A stretch of DNA of 64,000 nucleotides from Candidatus Shapirobacteria bacterium (GCA_016188545.1 JACPHO010000006.1:693-64692); one strand, 5' to 3'. Numbered from the stretch's first letter, positions 38,710-48,990 are shown. Notes: generated by a model not told the origin, from the letters alone. Made by a program: numbers and translations.

Positions 38710-39924
38710 TTATACTGTTTTTATTTTCTTTCCACCGGCAAAAGCCACTCCATCCATCGGTCCTGGATTCCAGTGATCAGTAAACTCACTTTTTATCTTG
38801 GTTTTTTGCTTTTCATCTACTCCATCCAATACAGCATCAACAAAATCACCAACCGAGTGAAATGTACCCTCTGCCATCTCTTCATCCAATTGATTAGTCA
38901 TCCTAACAAGTTTTTGCCATTTATCAGGAGAATTGTATGTTTCCAGTAATGCCTCATCAAGATCCCCCGTGTACCAACTCAAAAATCCAAAGTTTATTGC
39001 CACCATTTTAAACCAACCAAAATTACCATTAGCGGCTTTTACCATTCTTTTTGATAAGGTTTTCATTATATCCAGCGACTCGCCTGCCCAACTTGCATTC
39101 TCCACCACCTCATTCCGCCACTTATCCTGCACTTCTGGTGCCATTCTCATTCCGAATTGAGTCATTACTGCCACTTTTCCGACATTGTAAGCCCATTCCC
39201 TCATTACCATATTAGCCAAATTCACTTCACCATTTTCAAATAACTCTTGTGCAACACCAGGAGAAAATATTGATTGTTCGTTTATCTCTATTAAATAAGT
39301 AACCACTTCTCTACCAGATAACATTAATATTTGTGACCCTTGGTTGTTTACCAAAATAGGGTCCATGTCATTTTTTAATAATTTTGCTCGCATATATATT
39401 TCTAGATCAGTGCCAGTGTTCTCGATCCCCAATTTATTATTTATTTCTTTCACCGTGCCCACACTTGTCTTTAGATCAGAAATTGACATCACTTCCACCC
39501 CGTTTTGTATAATATCCACCCGAGGATAATCCGCTAAATTACTCCCCACCACCTCATAACCATCACCTAGCTGGTCTTGCAATATGGTTATCAGCTGATT
39601 AACATTCCCGATATCATCTACCATCAAATCAATATCTGCATTTCGAGTTGAATCAAGTTTTTCAGTTAACAATCCACCCTCAGTAACCATATCCGAACAT
39701 ATCGGCACAGTCGAATCCAAAACTGGTAACACATCATCTCTTTCAATCAACATAGCCATACCCCCATATATTAAGAATTGATCATGGGTTTCTGACAGCA
39801 ACACTTCACTTACTTTTGAAAATGTTTCATTTTCATGCAAAGCTTTATATCTGTTCTCTTGGTTATAAGTCAAACCAGTTGCAATACTTATCTGAGGTTG
39901 CAAAACATCAACAAGTACTACCAT
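38710..39924 (-). CDS. Hypothetical protein, possibly a diverged class II nucleotidyltransferase (CCA/poly(A)-like)
   Basis: LIYGGMA...ADIDLMVD, downstream RVDI; helical C-terminal half. Confidence 0.4.
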   Translation of the reverse strand: MVVLVDVLQPQISIATGLTYNQENRYKALHENETFSKVSEVLLSETHDQFLIYGGMAMLIERDDVLPVLDSTVPICSDMVTEGGLLTEKLDSTRNADIDLMVDDIGNVNQLITILQDQLGDGYEVVGSNLADYPRVDIIQNGVEVMSISDLKTSVGTVKEINNKLGIENTGTDLEIYMRAKLLKNDMDPILVNNQGSQILMLSGREVVTYLIEINEQSIFSPGVAQELFENGEVNLANMVMREWAYNVGKVAVMTQFGMRMAPEVQDKWRNEVVENASWAGESLDIMKTLSKRMVKAANGNFGWFKMVAINFGFLSWYTGDLDEALLETYNSPDKWQKLVRMTNQLDEEMAEGTFHSVGDFVDAVLDGVDEKQKTKIKSEFTDHWNPGPMDGVAFAGGKKIKTV

Positions 39925-39938
39925 TCCATCATTGTACA

Positions 39939-40817
39939 TTACCCCTTACACTTCGGACATTGTTTTTTCTTTTTAATAAAAAAATTTCCACAGCCATTAC
40001 ACCTCTCCAATCTCGAATCCAAACTTTCACTACTAACTACAGGAGCCATCGAAAACAAACTATTAAATGGTGACATCGTACCCAAAAGTGATGTGTTCGA
40101 TACTCCATGATTTCCTCCCATTATTTGAAAACCATTTCTCGCCATAAACATTTCCAATTGTGCCCCCCACCAAATATCCCCACCTCTTTTGGCGACTTCC
40201 GACTCCGGGCTGTTTCTAAACCTGGCAATCATCTCTTCGGCCAAATGTTTTGTTAACTGATCTTTGCTATTCCTGATCTCTTCCCAAATTTCCGAATTTC
40301 CAAACGCCTTTTCCATCATATCCCAAAGCTCACCTTCACTCTTAACATCGACTGCCAACGCCTGTTCTCTCAAGTCCTCAAGATTTCTAATTTCATCCAT
40401 TACCACTGCACCTTTTTCTTGTAGTTTTCTCACCATTTCCAACAATTCTTCTGGTGATTCATTTTTCAACACGATTCCTCGACATTCCATGGTTACCTCT
40501 TGAAATCTTCCAGTGACTATAGCTACAACTACCCGGCTTCCATCTTTATACACACTCCTTCCTAATTCTGGACTAGCCCAAACGACATAGTTGTGACCCA
40601 TCATTGCCAGCCTTCTCATATTCTGCATCCCCTCATTTTCTGCTCTACCCAAAACGCTATTCTTATCACAAGGAAAATCGGGCTCTCCATTGGCCTTGAA
40701 CCTCAGCATGTACGGGACAATTCTGTCTTTTAGTTCCGCCTTTCTATTCTCTACAAATGCCGCTGCCAATTCATCGTTTGGCGACCTACTCTCAACCAAT
40801 CTTTTTACTCTATCCAT
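39939..40817 (-). CDS. Hypothetical protein with a C-terminal zinc ribbon
   Basis: CNGC...CPKC. Confidence 0.6.
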   Translation of the reverse strand: MDRVKRLVESRSPNDELAAAFVENRKAELKDRIVPYMLRFKANGEPDFPCDKNSVLGRAENEGMQNMRRLAMMGHNYVVWASPELGRSVYKDGSRVVVAIVTGRFQEVTMECRGIVLKNESPEELLEMVRKLQEKGAVVMDEIRNLEDLREQALAVDVKSEGELWDMMEKAFGNSEIWEEIRNSKDQLTKHLAEEMIARFRNSPESEVAKRGGDIWWGAQLEMFMARNGFQIMGGNHGVSNTSLLGTMSPFNSLFSMAPVVSSESLDSRLERCNGCGNFFIKKKKQCPKCKG

Positions 40818-40831
40818 ATTTTTCTCTTGAA

Positions 40832-40891
40832 CGAAGGCGGCGCTTTACCGTAGCGGCACTGCGAGGGAATTCCTGCCTACCGGCAGGCAGG
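40832..40891. repeat. REP-like palindromes
   Basis: CCTGCCTACCGGCAGGCAGG (40872-40891); CGAAGGCGG; CCGTAGC. Confidence 0.6.
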
Positions 40892-40913
40892 TCACCCTAC
40901 TTCAAAAATAATT

Positions 40914-41366
40914 TTATCCTTCTTCTTTTCGACTTAACATAAATAAATAATCTGACAAACGGTTGATGTAAGCTAGCAATTTTGGGCTGACATCTTCTTT
41001 TTTAGACAAAGCCACCAATCTTCTTTCCGCTCGACGACATACCGTTCTGACCCAATTTATTTTTTTGGCATTTTTATTTTTAAAAATCAAAAAATTTGTA
41101 ATTGGTTTTAATTTCTTTTCAATCTTTTTTATTTCTTTTTCAAATTGTTCTATTCTTAAATCATATTTCATACTTCTTACTTCGTAACCCAACTCTCCCA
41201 TAATTTCATAAATATCTCGCGCCAAATCTTTTTGACCCACAATCATTAATAGCGCCTGTAACTCGTCAAGTGTTCCCACTGTCTCCAAAAGCTCACTATC
41301 TTTAGCCATTACTTTTCCCAAGAATCGGCTCTTCCCATCATCACCAGTTTTCGTTACCACACTCAT
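40914..41366 (-). CDS. pduO: PduO-type ATP:cob(I)alamin adenosyltransferase
   Basis: [32 protein letters not shown]. Confidence 0.92.
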   Translation of the reverse strand: MSVVTKTGDDGKSRFLGKVMAKDSELLETVGTLDELQALLMIVGQKDLARDIYEIMGELGYEVRSMKYDLRIEQFEKEIKKIEKKLKPITNFLIFKNKNAKKINWVRTVCRRAERRLVALSKKEDVSPKLLAYINRLSDYLFMLSRKEEG

Positions 41367-41409
41367 TCTGTCTTATTCATAAATCATAAATCGTATTTCA
41401 TAATTCGGT

Positions 41410-43977
41410 TTACGAACACTTAGAGTATCCACAATAGCCATTGGAACATTTAAAACACCCTTCTTCAGCATAAAGTGGTGAGCCACAGTCGGGACAGGAG
41501 CTGAATTTACTCTCACCCTCGGTCTGCTTGACTCGTAGTTCCGCTAATATTTGCTTACCAGAAGTTGTCGTGACTTGTGTTTGTTCTTTTGGTTTACCCG
41601 TCGTAGCGTCAGCGGAGGCGGGCAGATCTAATTTTAGTTTTTCTTCCGCAAACATGTTCAGTTGTTCACCTCGAGAAATCTCTAAAATAGCCTTGCCAAC
41701 TGCATCAAACATACTCAGAACAGCATTGTTTCCCATCCCTACTTTCTGTCCACATGATACTCCCACCAGTTCGTCTGCCACCTCGTCTAAAGTTGCTCCA
41801 TATTTTAGTGCGAGGGATGCTAGTCGTCCAGTAACCTCAGACGCCCCAGCTAGGTAACCACCTGATTTTCCCAAATTCACAAACACCTCAACCGGTCCAT
41901 CCCCCTCCTCAAAAAATACCGAGGTATATACCTTACCCACATCACAAGTTTTTCGCAATCGTACTCCCCGAGCTGCCTCTGGTGTTTTTTTCTTGGCTTT
42001 TAAGTGCAACACACTTAAGTGCGACTTTCCATTACCCTCAACTGCAACAGTCTTTTCTTTAACAGGAGCAATCACTTCTTTCTCACGACTACCACTACGA
42101 TAGATAGTAATTCCCTTAGTGCCCAGAGCATAAGCCAATCGGTATGCTACCCTCACATCTTCCACAGTAGCTTCCTTAGGAAAGTTAATAGTCTTACTAA
42201 CTGCATTGTCAGTATATTTTTGAAAAACTGCTTGGATTTTGACATGCCATTCTGGGGAAATTTCCATGGCAGTCCGATAGATATTTACAATATCATCAGG
42301 AAGGCCTTCGATTCCGGTTAGTTTTCCTCCATTTTTTACTATTCTGTCCAAAAGTTGCTCATTATAGAGATCCCTTCTTTTTAATTCAGCCACAAATACC
42401 GGATTCATCATATAAAGAGTCTTCCCTTCGACAGTATTTTTTTGGTACCCCAGCGAAAATGCTGGTTCTACTCCCGAAGATGCATCAGCAATCATCGAGA
42501 TGGTTCCGGTTGGCGCTATGGTCGTCAGTGCCATATTTCGAGGACGGTAATCAGTATTAGCAAATACTGACACATCCCATGCTGGGAACACTCCTCGGGT
42601 CTTTGCTAACTCAACAGAAGCAATCTTTGTCTCATCTTGGACAAACTTCATTATTTTTTCAGCCCAAGCAGCACCCTCGTCAGAGTCATAACGAATTCCC
42701 AGTTTGAAAAGCATATCCGCAAAGCCCATCAGTCCCAAACCCACCCGTCGGGTTTTACTAACCATTTCTCGAATTTTGACCACTGGGAATTGATTCACCT
42801 CCACCACATTATCCAAAAAATGAATTGACTCGTGGACCACTCTCTTAAGTTCGTTCCAGTCCAAATCTCCAGTTTCTAGTTTCTGGTTTCTAGTTTCTGT
42901 TTCAAAATTTGATTTTACAAATTTTGAAACATTAATCGAACCCAAATTACAGGCATCATAAGGCAAAAGTGGTTGTTCACCACAAGGATTAGTTGCCTCA
43001 ATACGACCCATTGAAGGTACTGGATTACTGCTTGATTCATTCATCCGATCGATAAAGACTAGACCTGGATCACCATACTGCCATGCCAGTCGTGTTACCA
43101 AATTAAATACTTTATAAGCATTCAATTTTATAGTCACCTCACCCGTTCGGGGATTAATTAAGTTGTATCCTTCACCTTCGTTAGTTGCCTTAGCCCAATC
43201 GTATAGTTTCTTAGTCCACAACTCAATTTCTCGAAGTCGAGCATCCACGTCGCGAGAGGCTTCCGCTATCCTAATTTTTTCAACAATATCTTCTGGAAAG
43301 CTGTCATCAGTCACAAATTTTTTATCACTATCAATCTTCTCCATAAAAACATTTGTCACCGCCAGAGAGATATTAAAATTAGTCAGCGAATACTCATCTA
43401 ACTTCACCACCGAGAAACGTAGTACATCCGGGTGATCTATCGACAGCATGCCCATGTTTGCCCCCCGTCGAACTCCACCCTGTTTAATCTGGGATGTCAC
43501 ATCGTTGTACGCCTGCATGAAGGATACGGGGCCAACTGTAGTGCCGCCAGAAGTGGCAATATAGTCGCCAAAAGGTCGTAGTCGGTTAAAAGAAAATCCT
43601 GTTCCCCCCCCACTTTTATGAATCTTAGCCATATCAGTCATGGTTTCCAAAATCCCGCTCATCGAATCCTCTATAGGTAGCACAAAACAAGCCGATAACT
43701 GCTGATGTTTTTTACCGGCATTTACCAAGCAAGGAGTGTTGGGGAAAAACTTCTGTTCCGCCATCAAGTCATAAAAGACCTGCGCCTGTGCTTCGACATC
43801 CACCTCACCCTTTCCGAAAACTGCATCTCCCTTGGCTAAGTTGTAAGCCACTCTCCAAAAAATATCCTTAACCGATTCAACGAGCTTTCCCGATTCATCC
43901 TTCATTCCATACCGTGTTTGAGTAATGTACTTGGCATTGTCAGACAATAGCGGTTCAATTAGGTTTTGGTTATTCAT
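41410..43977 (-). CDS. nrdJ: Class II (adenosylcobalamin-dependent) ribonucleotide reductase
   Basis: PNTP, SACF, QGGVRRGANM, TNPCGEQ, APTGT, SKTIN; C-terminal TSCPD-type and zinc-ribbon domains. Confidence 0.96.
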   Translation of the reverse strand: MNNQNLIEPLLSDNAKYITQTRYGMKDESGKLVESVKDIFWRVAYNLAKGDAVFGKGEVDVEAQAQVFYDLMAEQKFFPNTPCLVNAGKKHQQLSACFVLPIEDSMSGILETMTDMAKIHKSGGGTGFSFNRLRPFGDYIATSGGTTVGPVSFMQAYNDVTSQIKQGGVRRGANMGMLSIDHPDVLRFSVVKLDEYSLTNFNISLAVTNVFMEKIDSDKKFVTDDSFPEDIVEKIRIAEASRDVDARLREIELWTKKLYDWAKATNEGEGYNLINPRTGEVTIKLNAYKVFNLVTRLAWQYGDPGLVFIDRMNESSSNPVPSMGRIEATNPCGEQPLLPYDACNLGSINVSKFVKSNFETETRNQKLETGDLDWNELKRVVHESIHFLDNVVEVNQFPVVKIREMVSKTRRVGLGLMGFADMLFKLGIRYDSDEGAAWAEKIMKFVQDETKIASVELAKTRGVFPAWDVSVFANTDYRPRNMALTTIAPTGTISMIADASSGVEPAFSLGYQKNTVEGKTLYMMNPVFVAELKRRDLYNEQLLDRIVKNGGKLTGIEGLPDDIVNIYRTAMEISPEWHVKIQAVFQKYTDNAVSKTINFPKEATVEDVRVAYRLAYALGTKGITIYRSGSREKEVIAPVKEKTVAVEGNGKSHLSVLHLKAKKKTPEAARGVRLRKTCDVGKVYTSVFFEEGDGPVEVFVNLGKSGGYLAGASEVTGRLASLALKYGATLDEVADELVGVSCGQKVGMGNNAVLSMFDAVGKAILEISRGEQLNMFAEEKLKLDLPASADATTGKPKEQTQVTTTSGKQILAELRVKQTEGESKFSSCPDCGSPLYAEEGCFKCSNGYCGYSKCS

Positions 43978-44423
43978 TTTTTATTTGAAAAATTTTTAAT
44001 AATGTCTTCGAATTCTTTAATTTCAGTTATATTGTTATAGATAGTCGCGAATCTGATATAGGCCACCGGGTCTGTTCGTTTAAGAATATCCATCACTAGT
44101 TTTCCAATTTCACGGCTAGGTATCTCCACGCTTTCCCAGTTCAGTAGCTTCATCTCAATTTCATCGATCAGTTTTTGTCTTTCGTCTTCTTCTATTCGCC
44201 ACAAAGCCTTCTCAAAACACTTTTCTAACTTTTCTCTCCGGTAGTCTTCTATATGTCCATCTTTTTTAATTACTTTCAGCTCAATATTGCCAAGCTTTTC
44301 GTAGGTAGTAAACCGCTTATTACACTTAAGGCACTCTCTTCGCCGTCGGGTTGCTTTTCCTTCAAACGCATCCCGGGATTCCAGGACATTCGATTCATCA
44401 TGATTACAATAAGGACACAACAT
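43974..44423 (-). CDS. nrdR: Transcriptional repressor NrdR
   Basis: MLCPYC, RRRRECLKC.KRFTTYE, ATP cone, VAYIRFA. Confidence 0.96.
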   Translation of the reverse strand: MLCPYCNHDESNVLESRDAFEGKATRRRRECLKCNKRFTTYEKLGNIELKVIKKDGHIEDYRREKLEKCFEKALWRIEEDERQKLIDEIEMKLLNWESVEIPSREIGKLVMDILKRTDPVAYIRFATIYNNITEIKEFEDIIKNFSNKK

Positions 44424-44462
44424 ATAGTGGATGTCATTCACTATACATACTACAGACAGTGC
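44415..44462. promoter_or_regulatory. Tandem NrdR boxes
   Basis: ACACAACATATAGTGG (44415-30) and ATACTACAGACAGTGC (44447-62), 32 bp apart, over the nrdR start and promoter. Confidence 0.75.
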
Positions 44463-44532
44463 CAGTCAACTATTAATTAATAATACAGAGGCAGTCAAAA
44501 TTCTACATTGCGGAGAATATAAAATGAACAAA

Positions 44533-44787
44533 CTACTTATACACTTCTCTTCTATGTCTAATCCTATTTACCACAATTTTGTTACCATCAATGTCAAAAC
44601 AAATTCGATAGTCACCTACTCGATATCTAAAACTACCTTGATCAAAGTTAATTAAACTTTTCGATAGACCAGTCGGATCATTTTTTAGATATATCAACTT
44701 ATTGTAAATATTTTTAACTAAAACCCTATCCAATTTATCAATATCCTGTCTAGCATTTTTCGTAATTAAGATTACGTACTCCACCAT
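44533..44787 (-). CDS. relE: RelE-family toxin
   Basis: FRYRVGDYRI, IRHRREVY. Confidence 0.92.
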   Translation of the reverse strand: MVEYVILITKNARQDIDKLDRVLVKNIYNKLIYLKNDPTGLSKSLINFDQGSFRYRVGDYRICFDIDGNKIVVNRIRHRREVYK

Positions 44788-45032
44788 TAAATATTGCCAA
44801 ATACTTCATCCATTGTATAGTACTCACCTCTTTTGTACTGTGCTCTCGATTCCTTAACAGAAGCTAAAAACTTCTTGTCCCCCAGTTCCAACAAGTCTTC
44901 TAAATCATCAACATCGATTATAGCCTTACTTACTTTACCTTTTTGAGTTATCAGCAAATACTTGCCCCTTTTAACCATTTTCAAAGCATCGGCCAAATTA
45001 TTTCTTAATTTCGTACTGCTAACAATATTCAT
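44787..45032 (-). CDS. Phd/YefM-family antitoxin
   Basis: VSSTKLRNNLADAL...LLITQKG; upstream TGTACA-N7-TGTACA. Confidence 0.85.
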   Translation of the reverse strand: MNIVSSTKLRNNLADALKMVKRGKYLLITQKGKVSKAIIDVDDLEDLLELGDKKFLASVKESRAQYKRGEYYTMDEVFGNI

Positions 45033-45153
45033 ATGTACATTATAACTGTACAGTTTAAATCTGGCAACAACTAAATAGCATATATTTCAAAATAGACTTA
45101 CCATTTAGAACCCGTCTATAACAAACAAAAGGTAGTGTATAATAAAACGAAAT

Positions 45154-45537
45154 ATGACACAAAGTAGGATCATTCCCGAAGCAAAGATCTGGCCACTTGA
45201 AAAATTCCAACCTGCCTTTCCCAACTTCCCCATCGAAGTCAAAGACGGGCAAGTTGCCATCAACTCCGACTCGGTCATCTGTACCGACATGGTAGTTTGC
45301 GCCACCCATCGGGTTACTTTAGTTCCCGACCTCACCTCCACACTAACGGCTGCCAAACCAATACTTGAGAGAGTCTGTCCAATTCCAGAATGTCAAACTC
45401 GTGCAATAGTTAGGCCAAAGCATTATGTTACCAGTGCTGACACACGACAATCCTGGAACCACATAAAAAAAGAGGTCGCAGCCAGCCATCTCAGAATACA
45501 CGGGCCTGCTGGTAAAACTCACCCACCCAAACCATAG
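45154..45537 (+). CDS. Hypothetical protein with Cys/His motifs
   Basis: CPIPEC...H...H..IH; TATAAT upstream. Confidence 0.55.
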   Translation: MTQSRIIPEAKIWPLEKFQPAFPNFPIEVKDGQVAINSDSVICTDMVVCATHRVTLVPDLTSTLTAAKPILERVCPIPECQTRAIVRPKHYVTSADTRQSWNHIKKEVAASHLRIHGPAGKTHPPKP

Positions 45538-45564
45538 TATCGCACTTCAATGTATAATACCCTC

Positions 45565-45840
45565 ATGCGTGGCATTATAAAATTCCTCCAGGAAGTCCGT
45601 ACCGAATTTGGCAACATCTCCTGGCCCAAAAAAGATTCTTTATTTCAATTGACTTTTGTGGTAATATCAATCTCCCTCATTATCTCCCTGATTTTGGGTG
45701 GTTTTGATTATTTGTTTACCCAATCGTTTAACCTACTAGGTCAACCTACAGTAGTAGCTCAACCAACCATCACTGCCCCACCGGTTAATCTAGCACCAAC
45801 GATTACCGTTATCAGTCCCACAACCAGTATCAAAAAATAG
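45565..45840 (+). CDS. secE: Preprotein translocase subunit SecE with a Pro/Thr-rich tail
   Basis: FLQEVRTEF..ISWP, TM, D.LF; precedes nusG. Confidence 0.92.
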   Translation: MRGIIKFLQEVRTEFGNISWPKKDSLFQLTFVVISISLIISLILGGFDYLFTQSFNLLGQPTVVAQPTITAPPVNLAPTITVISPTTSIKK

Positions 45841-45879
45841 CAACTTTACAAACTTTATTAACTTTACAAACTAACTCCC

Positions 45880-46476
45880 ATGCCCAACAACGCCAGTAAG
45901 ACCAAACAAAAAGATTTTTTATTTCAACTCTCTCCTTTAACTCCACCAATTGATGCTGCCTGGTATGTCATTAACACCTATTCTGGTCACGAATACAAAG
46001 TCATCGACGCTCTCAAAATCCGTATCAAAACCATGAGCTTAGAAGGTGAAATCTTTCAAGCCATCATTCCTATCCAGTCAAAAATGGTTATCCGTCGTGG
46101 TACCAAGGTCAAAACTCAAGAAAAAACTTTCCCTGGTTATGTTCTCATCCAAATGGTTCTTACCGACGATTCTTGGGTCACTGTTCGTACCACTCAAGGA
46201 GTAACTGGTTTTATCGGTGTCGATAACAAACCCTCCCCCATTTCTCAAGCCGAAGTTGACCAGATTCTCAAAACCACTATCGAAGACAAGCCAAAATATC
46301 AGGCACCGTTTGGAATTGGCGATGTCGTCAAAGTCACCAACGGCCCATTTACCGACTACATTGGCGCTATTGATAGTATCGATCAGGAACGCGGTAAGAT
46401 TCGTGTCCTTATTTCTTTCTTCGAAAGAGAGACACCTGTTGAGCTTGATTTCTTACAAGTTACCCGTGAGTTATGA
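45880..46476 (+). CDS. nusG: Transcription factor NusG
   Basis: WYVINTYSGHE, FPGYVL, KOW domain GPF, RETPVELDF. Confidence 0.97.
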   Translation: MPNNASKTKQKDFLFQLSPLTPPIDAAWYVINTYSGHEYKVIDALKIRIKTMSLEGEIFQAIIPIQSKMVIRRGTKVKTQEKTFPGYVLIQMVLTDDSWVTVRTTQGVTGFIGVDNKPSPISQAEVDQILKTTIEDKPKYQAPFGIGDVVKVTNGPFTDYIGAIDSIDQERGKIRVLISFFERETPVELDFLQVTREL

Positions 46477-46480
46477 GAAC

Positions 46481-46507
46481 TATTTTGGGACGCTTCTACC
46501 CAAAATA
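46481..46507 (+). promoter_or_regulatory. Hairpin in the rplK leader (possible L1-binding site)
   Basis: TATTTTGGG-acgcttcta-CCCAAAATA upstream of rplK. Confidence 0.35.
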
Positions 46508-46570
46508 TTAAATTAAATAATATTTATTAAACTAGCGCTCTAGAGCACCAAAGCTCTATCGCTCTAATAT

Positions 46571-46996
46571 ATGGCAAAAAAAATTAAAACAATCGTCAAG
46601 CTAGCTATCCAAGCCGGAATGGCCAACCCCGCTCCTCCAGTTGGTACCGCTCTTGGTCCTCAGGGCATCAAGATCATGGACTTCTGCAATGAGTTCAATG
46701 AAAGAACCAAAGACATGAAGGGATCTCTTATTCCTTCGATCATCACCATCTTTGAAGATCGTTCTTTCACTTTCATCATCAAGAAACCTCCAGTTTCTGA
46801 CATGATTAAAAAAATCACTGGTATTAGTAAAGGTAGTGGCACCACCGGTCGTGAAAAAATCGGTAAAATCACTGCCGCCCAAATCGCCAAAGTCGCTGAA
46901 GATAAATTAGTAGATCTTAATACCAATGATATCGAAGCTGCCAAACGTATGGTCGCCGGCACTGCCAAATCCATGGGGTTTGAAATTGTAGACTAA
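46571..46996 (+). CDS. rplK: 50S ribosomal protein L11
   Basis: ANPAPPVGTALG, FCNEFN, GTAKSMG. Confidence 0.98.
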   Translation: MAKKIKTIVKLAIQAGMANPAPPVGTALGPQGIKIMDFCNEFNERTKDMKGSLIPSIITIFEDRSFTFIIKKPPVSDMIKKITGISKGSGTTGREKIGKITAAQIAKVAEDKLVDLNTNDIEAAKRMVAGTAKSMGFEIVD

Positions 46997-47017
46997 TTTT
47001 TAATAATTTAAACCAAA

Positions 47018-47770
47018 ATGAGCAAAACCTCACAAGAAAACAAGGTCAAAAAGACCAAAAAGCTTGCTGTGGAAGATCAAGTAATTGATCAAAAGGCTCC
47101 AGAAACTGAAGTAACTACTCCAGTCGAGGAAACCACAGACCTGTCCGCCGTGGCGGAATTAAAAACCGCCAGAACTGCTAAAGTTCGTGGCAAAAGATAC
47201 CAAAAAGTCCGTAAGCTCGTCGATGCTAATAAGCTCTACAGTCTTAAGGAAGCCGTCAAACTAGTCAAAGCAACCTCTCTTTCCAAGTTTGATGGTAAAG
47301 TCGAAGCCCATGTCACCATCCTCGACATCGGTAATGCCGGAGAAATTGTTTTCCCCCATCTTGAAGCTAGTAGCAAAAGAATTGTCGTTCTCAATGACAC
47401 TGTTCTCGCCGAGATTAAAGGTGGTAAGGTCAACTTTGACATTCTTATCGCTACTCCCATCACCATGCCCAAACTTCTTCCTTTCGCTAAACTCTTGGGT
47501 CCCAAGGGATTAATGCCCAACCCCAAAAGTGGTACTCTCACCGACAAACCAGAAGATGCTCTCAAAAAACTTTCAGTCGCTAAGACTGTTATTAAAACTG
47601 AGAAAAAAGCTCCTGTCGTTCACATCGTTGTTGGTAAAGTTTCCCAACCTATTGCTGAACTAGAAGCCAATGTAACTGAACTCATGAAGGTCATCAAAGT
47701 CATCAAGATTAAAAAACTTGCTCTTTGTGCTACCATGGGCCCTTCAGTCAAGATTGAGATCGTCAAATAA
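47018..47770 (+). CDS. rplA: 50S ribosomal protein L1 (N-terminal extension, shortened core)
   Basis: RGKRY, SKFD, LGPKGLMPNPKSGT, TMGPS. Confidence 0.95.
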   Translation: MSKTSQENKVKKTKKLAVEDQVIDQKAPETEVTTPVEETTDLSAVAELKTARTAKVRGKRYQKVRKLVDANKLYSLKEAVKLVKATSLSKFDGKVEAHVTILDIGNAGEIVFPHLEASSKRIVVLNDTVLAEIKGGKVNFDILIATPITMPKLLPFAKLLGPKGLMPNPKSGTLTDKPEDALKKLSVAKTVIKTEKKAPVVHIVVGKVSQPIAELEANVTELMKVIKVIKIKKLALCATMGPSVKIEIVK

Positions 47771-47783
47771 TTCTATTTGAACC

Positions 47784-47815
47784 AAAAAAACCCGCTCGTA
47801 AGGGCGGGTTTTTTT
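47784..47815. terminator. Bidirectional rho-independent terminator
   Basis: A7-CCCGCTC-GTAA-GGGCGGG-T7. Confidence 0.9.
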
Positions 47816-47816
47816 A

Positions 47817-48893
47817 TTATCCCAATTCCACTGCCGATACTTTTGTAAGTTCTTGCCATTCTATAGTCTCTGGAGATACTTTTTGAACTGTTCCCTCATA
47901 TAGGTCAAAAACAAATCTATAGTTTTCATCGTTTCCGACAATTAGACAAGCACCCATTCCATAAGAGTCAGATTCTTTTCTTCTACCTAGCCCAACTTCG
48001 GACCAACTAGTTTTGGCCACAATTTCTTCATTATGTATCTGACCACCAGGCAGGTATGCCAATACCACAGGAAACTTTAATTTAAATAAAGTCATCTCAC
48101 TTGTATCAAAAATATTTTCACCTCCCAACATTGTGGTTAAAATAGACTTTATATCTTCACCACCCACTACGGCCTTAACCACCTCTTCTCGTATTTCAAT
48201 CTGTTTTTCCAAGTTAGTTTCACCTTTAAACATAGCCACCAACATTGCTACTGCCTGCAATTCAGTAAACTCCACAAATTTAGAAAATTGCTCTGCTGTG
48301 TCACCATCACCATAAAATTTATTTATAAGCATCATTGACTCATCCGACAACAGACGGTTTTCCCAGAGGCCTTTTGCTTTTTGAAAAACTCCATTCCAAT
48401 CATTCTCCACAGTCGCTTCTTTTTTTATAACTGGAGTTTCCTCCTTAGCTCTAAAACTAGCAACGGCTTTTCTCACCTCAATCATATCCACACTCTGTTC
48501 TCTTTTTTGAACAACCTCCTGCCACCTTACCATAGCAATCCAGTAAATTCTTTCCAAATAATCCTTTCGGACATCACCTTTTAACCCAGAAATGCCATAT
48601 ACATCCTGCCTCGACACTTCAGCCACCATTGCATTTCGCATCTCATCATCATGTTGCAAACGCCAATATGCACTACAAGTTGCTATCGGGTATTTTTCTA
48701 GACTCTGCATCATTGTCAGACTTACTCTAATTACAGTATCATTCACCTTAAACCCCTCTTTGATTTCATCCATAGCTAATAACACCCTTGCCTCAACCTG
48801 ATTTATTGCACCATCACCAATTTTTCGGGGCTGTCTTTCACTTGGCTGGACCATTCCCACCAAAGAATCCAACATATCTCTTCTTGCTGACAT
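47817..48893 (-). CDS. Hypothetical protein (ORFan) bounded by duplicated terminators
   Basis: 358 aa from ATG 48893; TACAAT 6 nt upstream. Confidence 0.7.
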   Translation of the reverse strand: MSARRDMLDSLVGMVQPSERQPRKIGDGAINQVEARVLLAMDEIKEGFKVNDTVIRVSLTMMQSLEKYPIATCSAYWRLQHDDEMRNAMVAEVSRQDVYGISGLKGDVRKDYLERIYWIAMVRWQEVVQKREQSVDMIEVRKAVASFRAKEETPVIKKEATVENDWNGVFQKAKGLWENRLLSDESMMLINKFYGDGDTAEQFSKFVEFTELQAVAMLVAMFKGETNLEKQIEIREEVVKAVVGGEDIKSILTTMLGGENIFDTSEMTLFKLKFPVVLAYLPGGQIHNEEIVAKTSWSEVGLGRRKESDSYGMGACLIVGNDENYRFVFDLYEGTVQKVSPETIEWQELTKVSAVELG

Positions 48894-48914
48894 GTAAATA
48901 TTGTAACACTGAAT

Positions 48915-48944
48915 AAAAACCCGCTCGTCAGGGCGGTTTTTTTT
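48915..48944. repeat. Second copy of the rplA terminator
   Basis: 28/30 identical to 47786-47815. Confidence 0.8.
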
Positions 48945-48990
48945 GATTTGACAATCTATACTAGACATGTTATTCTATACAAAATTGTAT

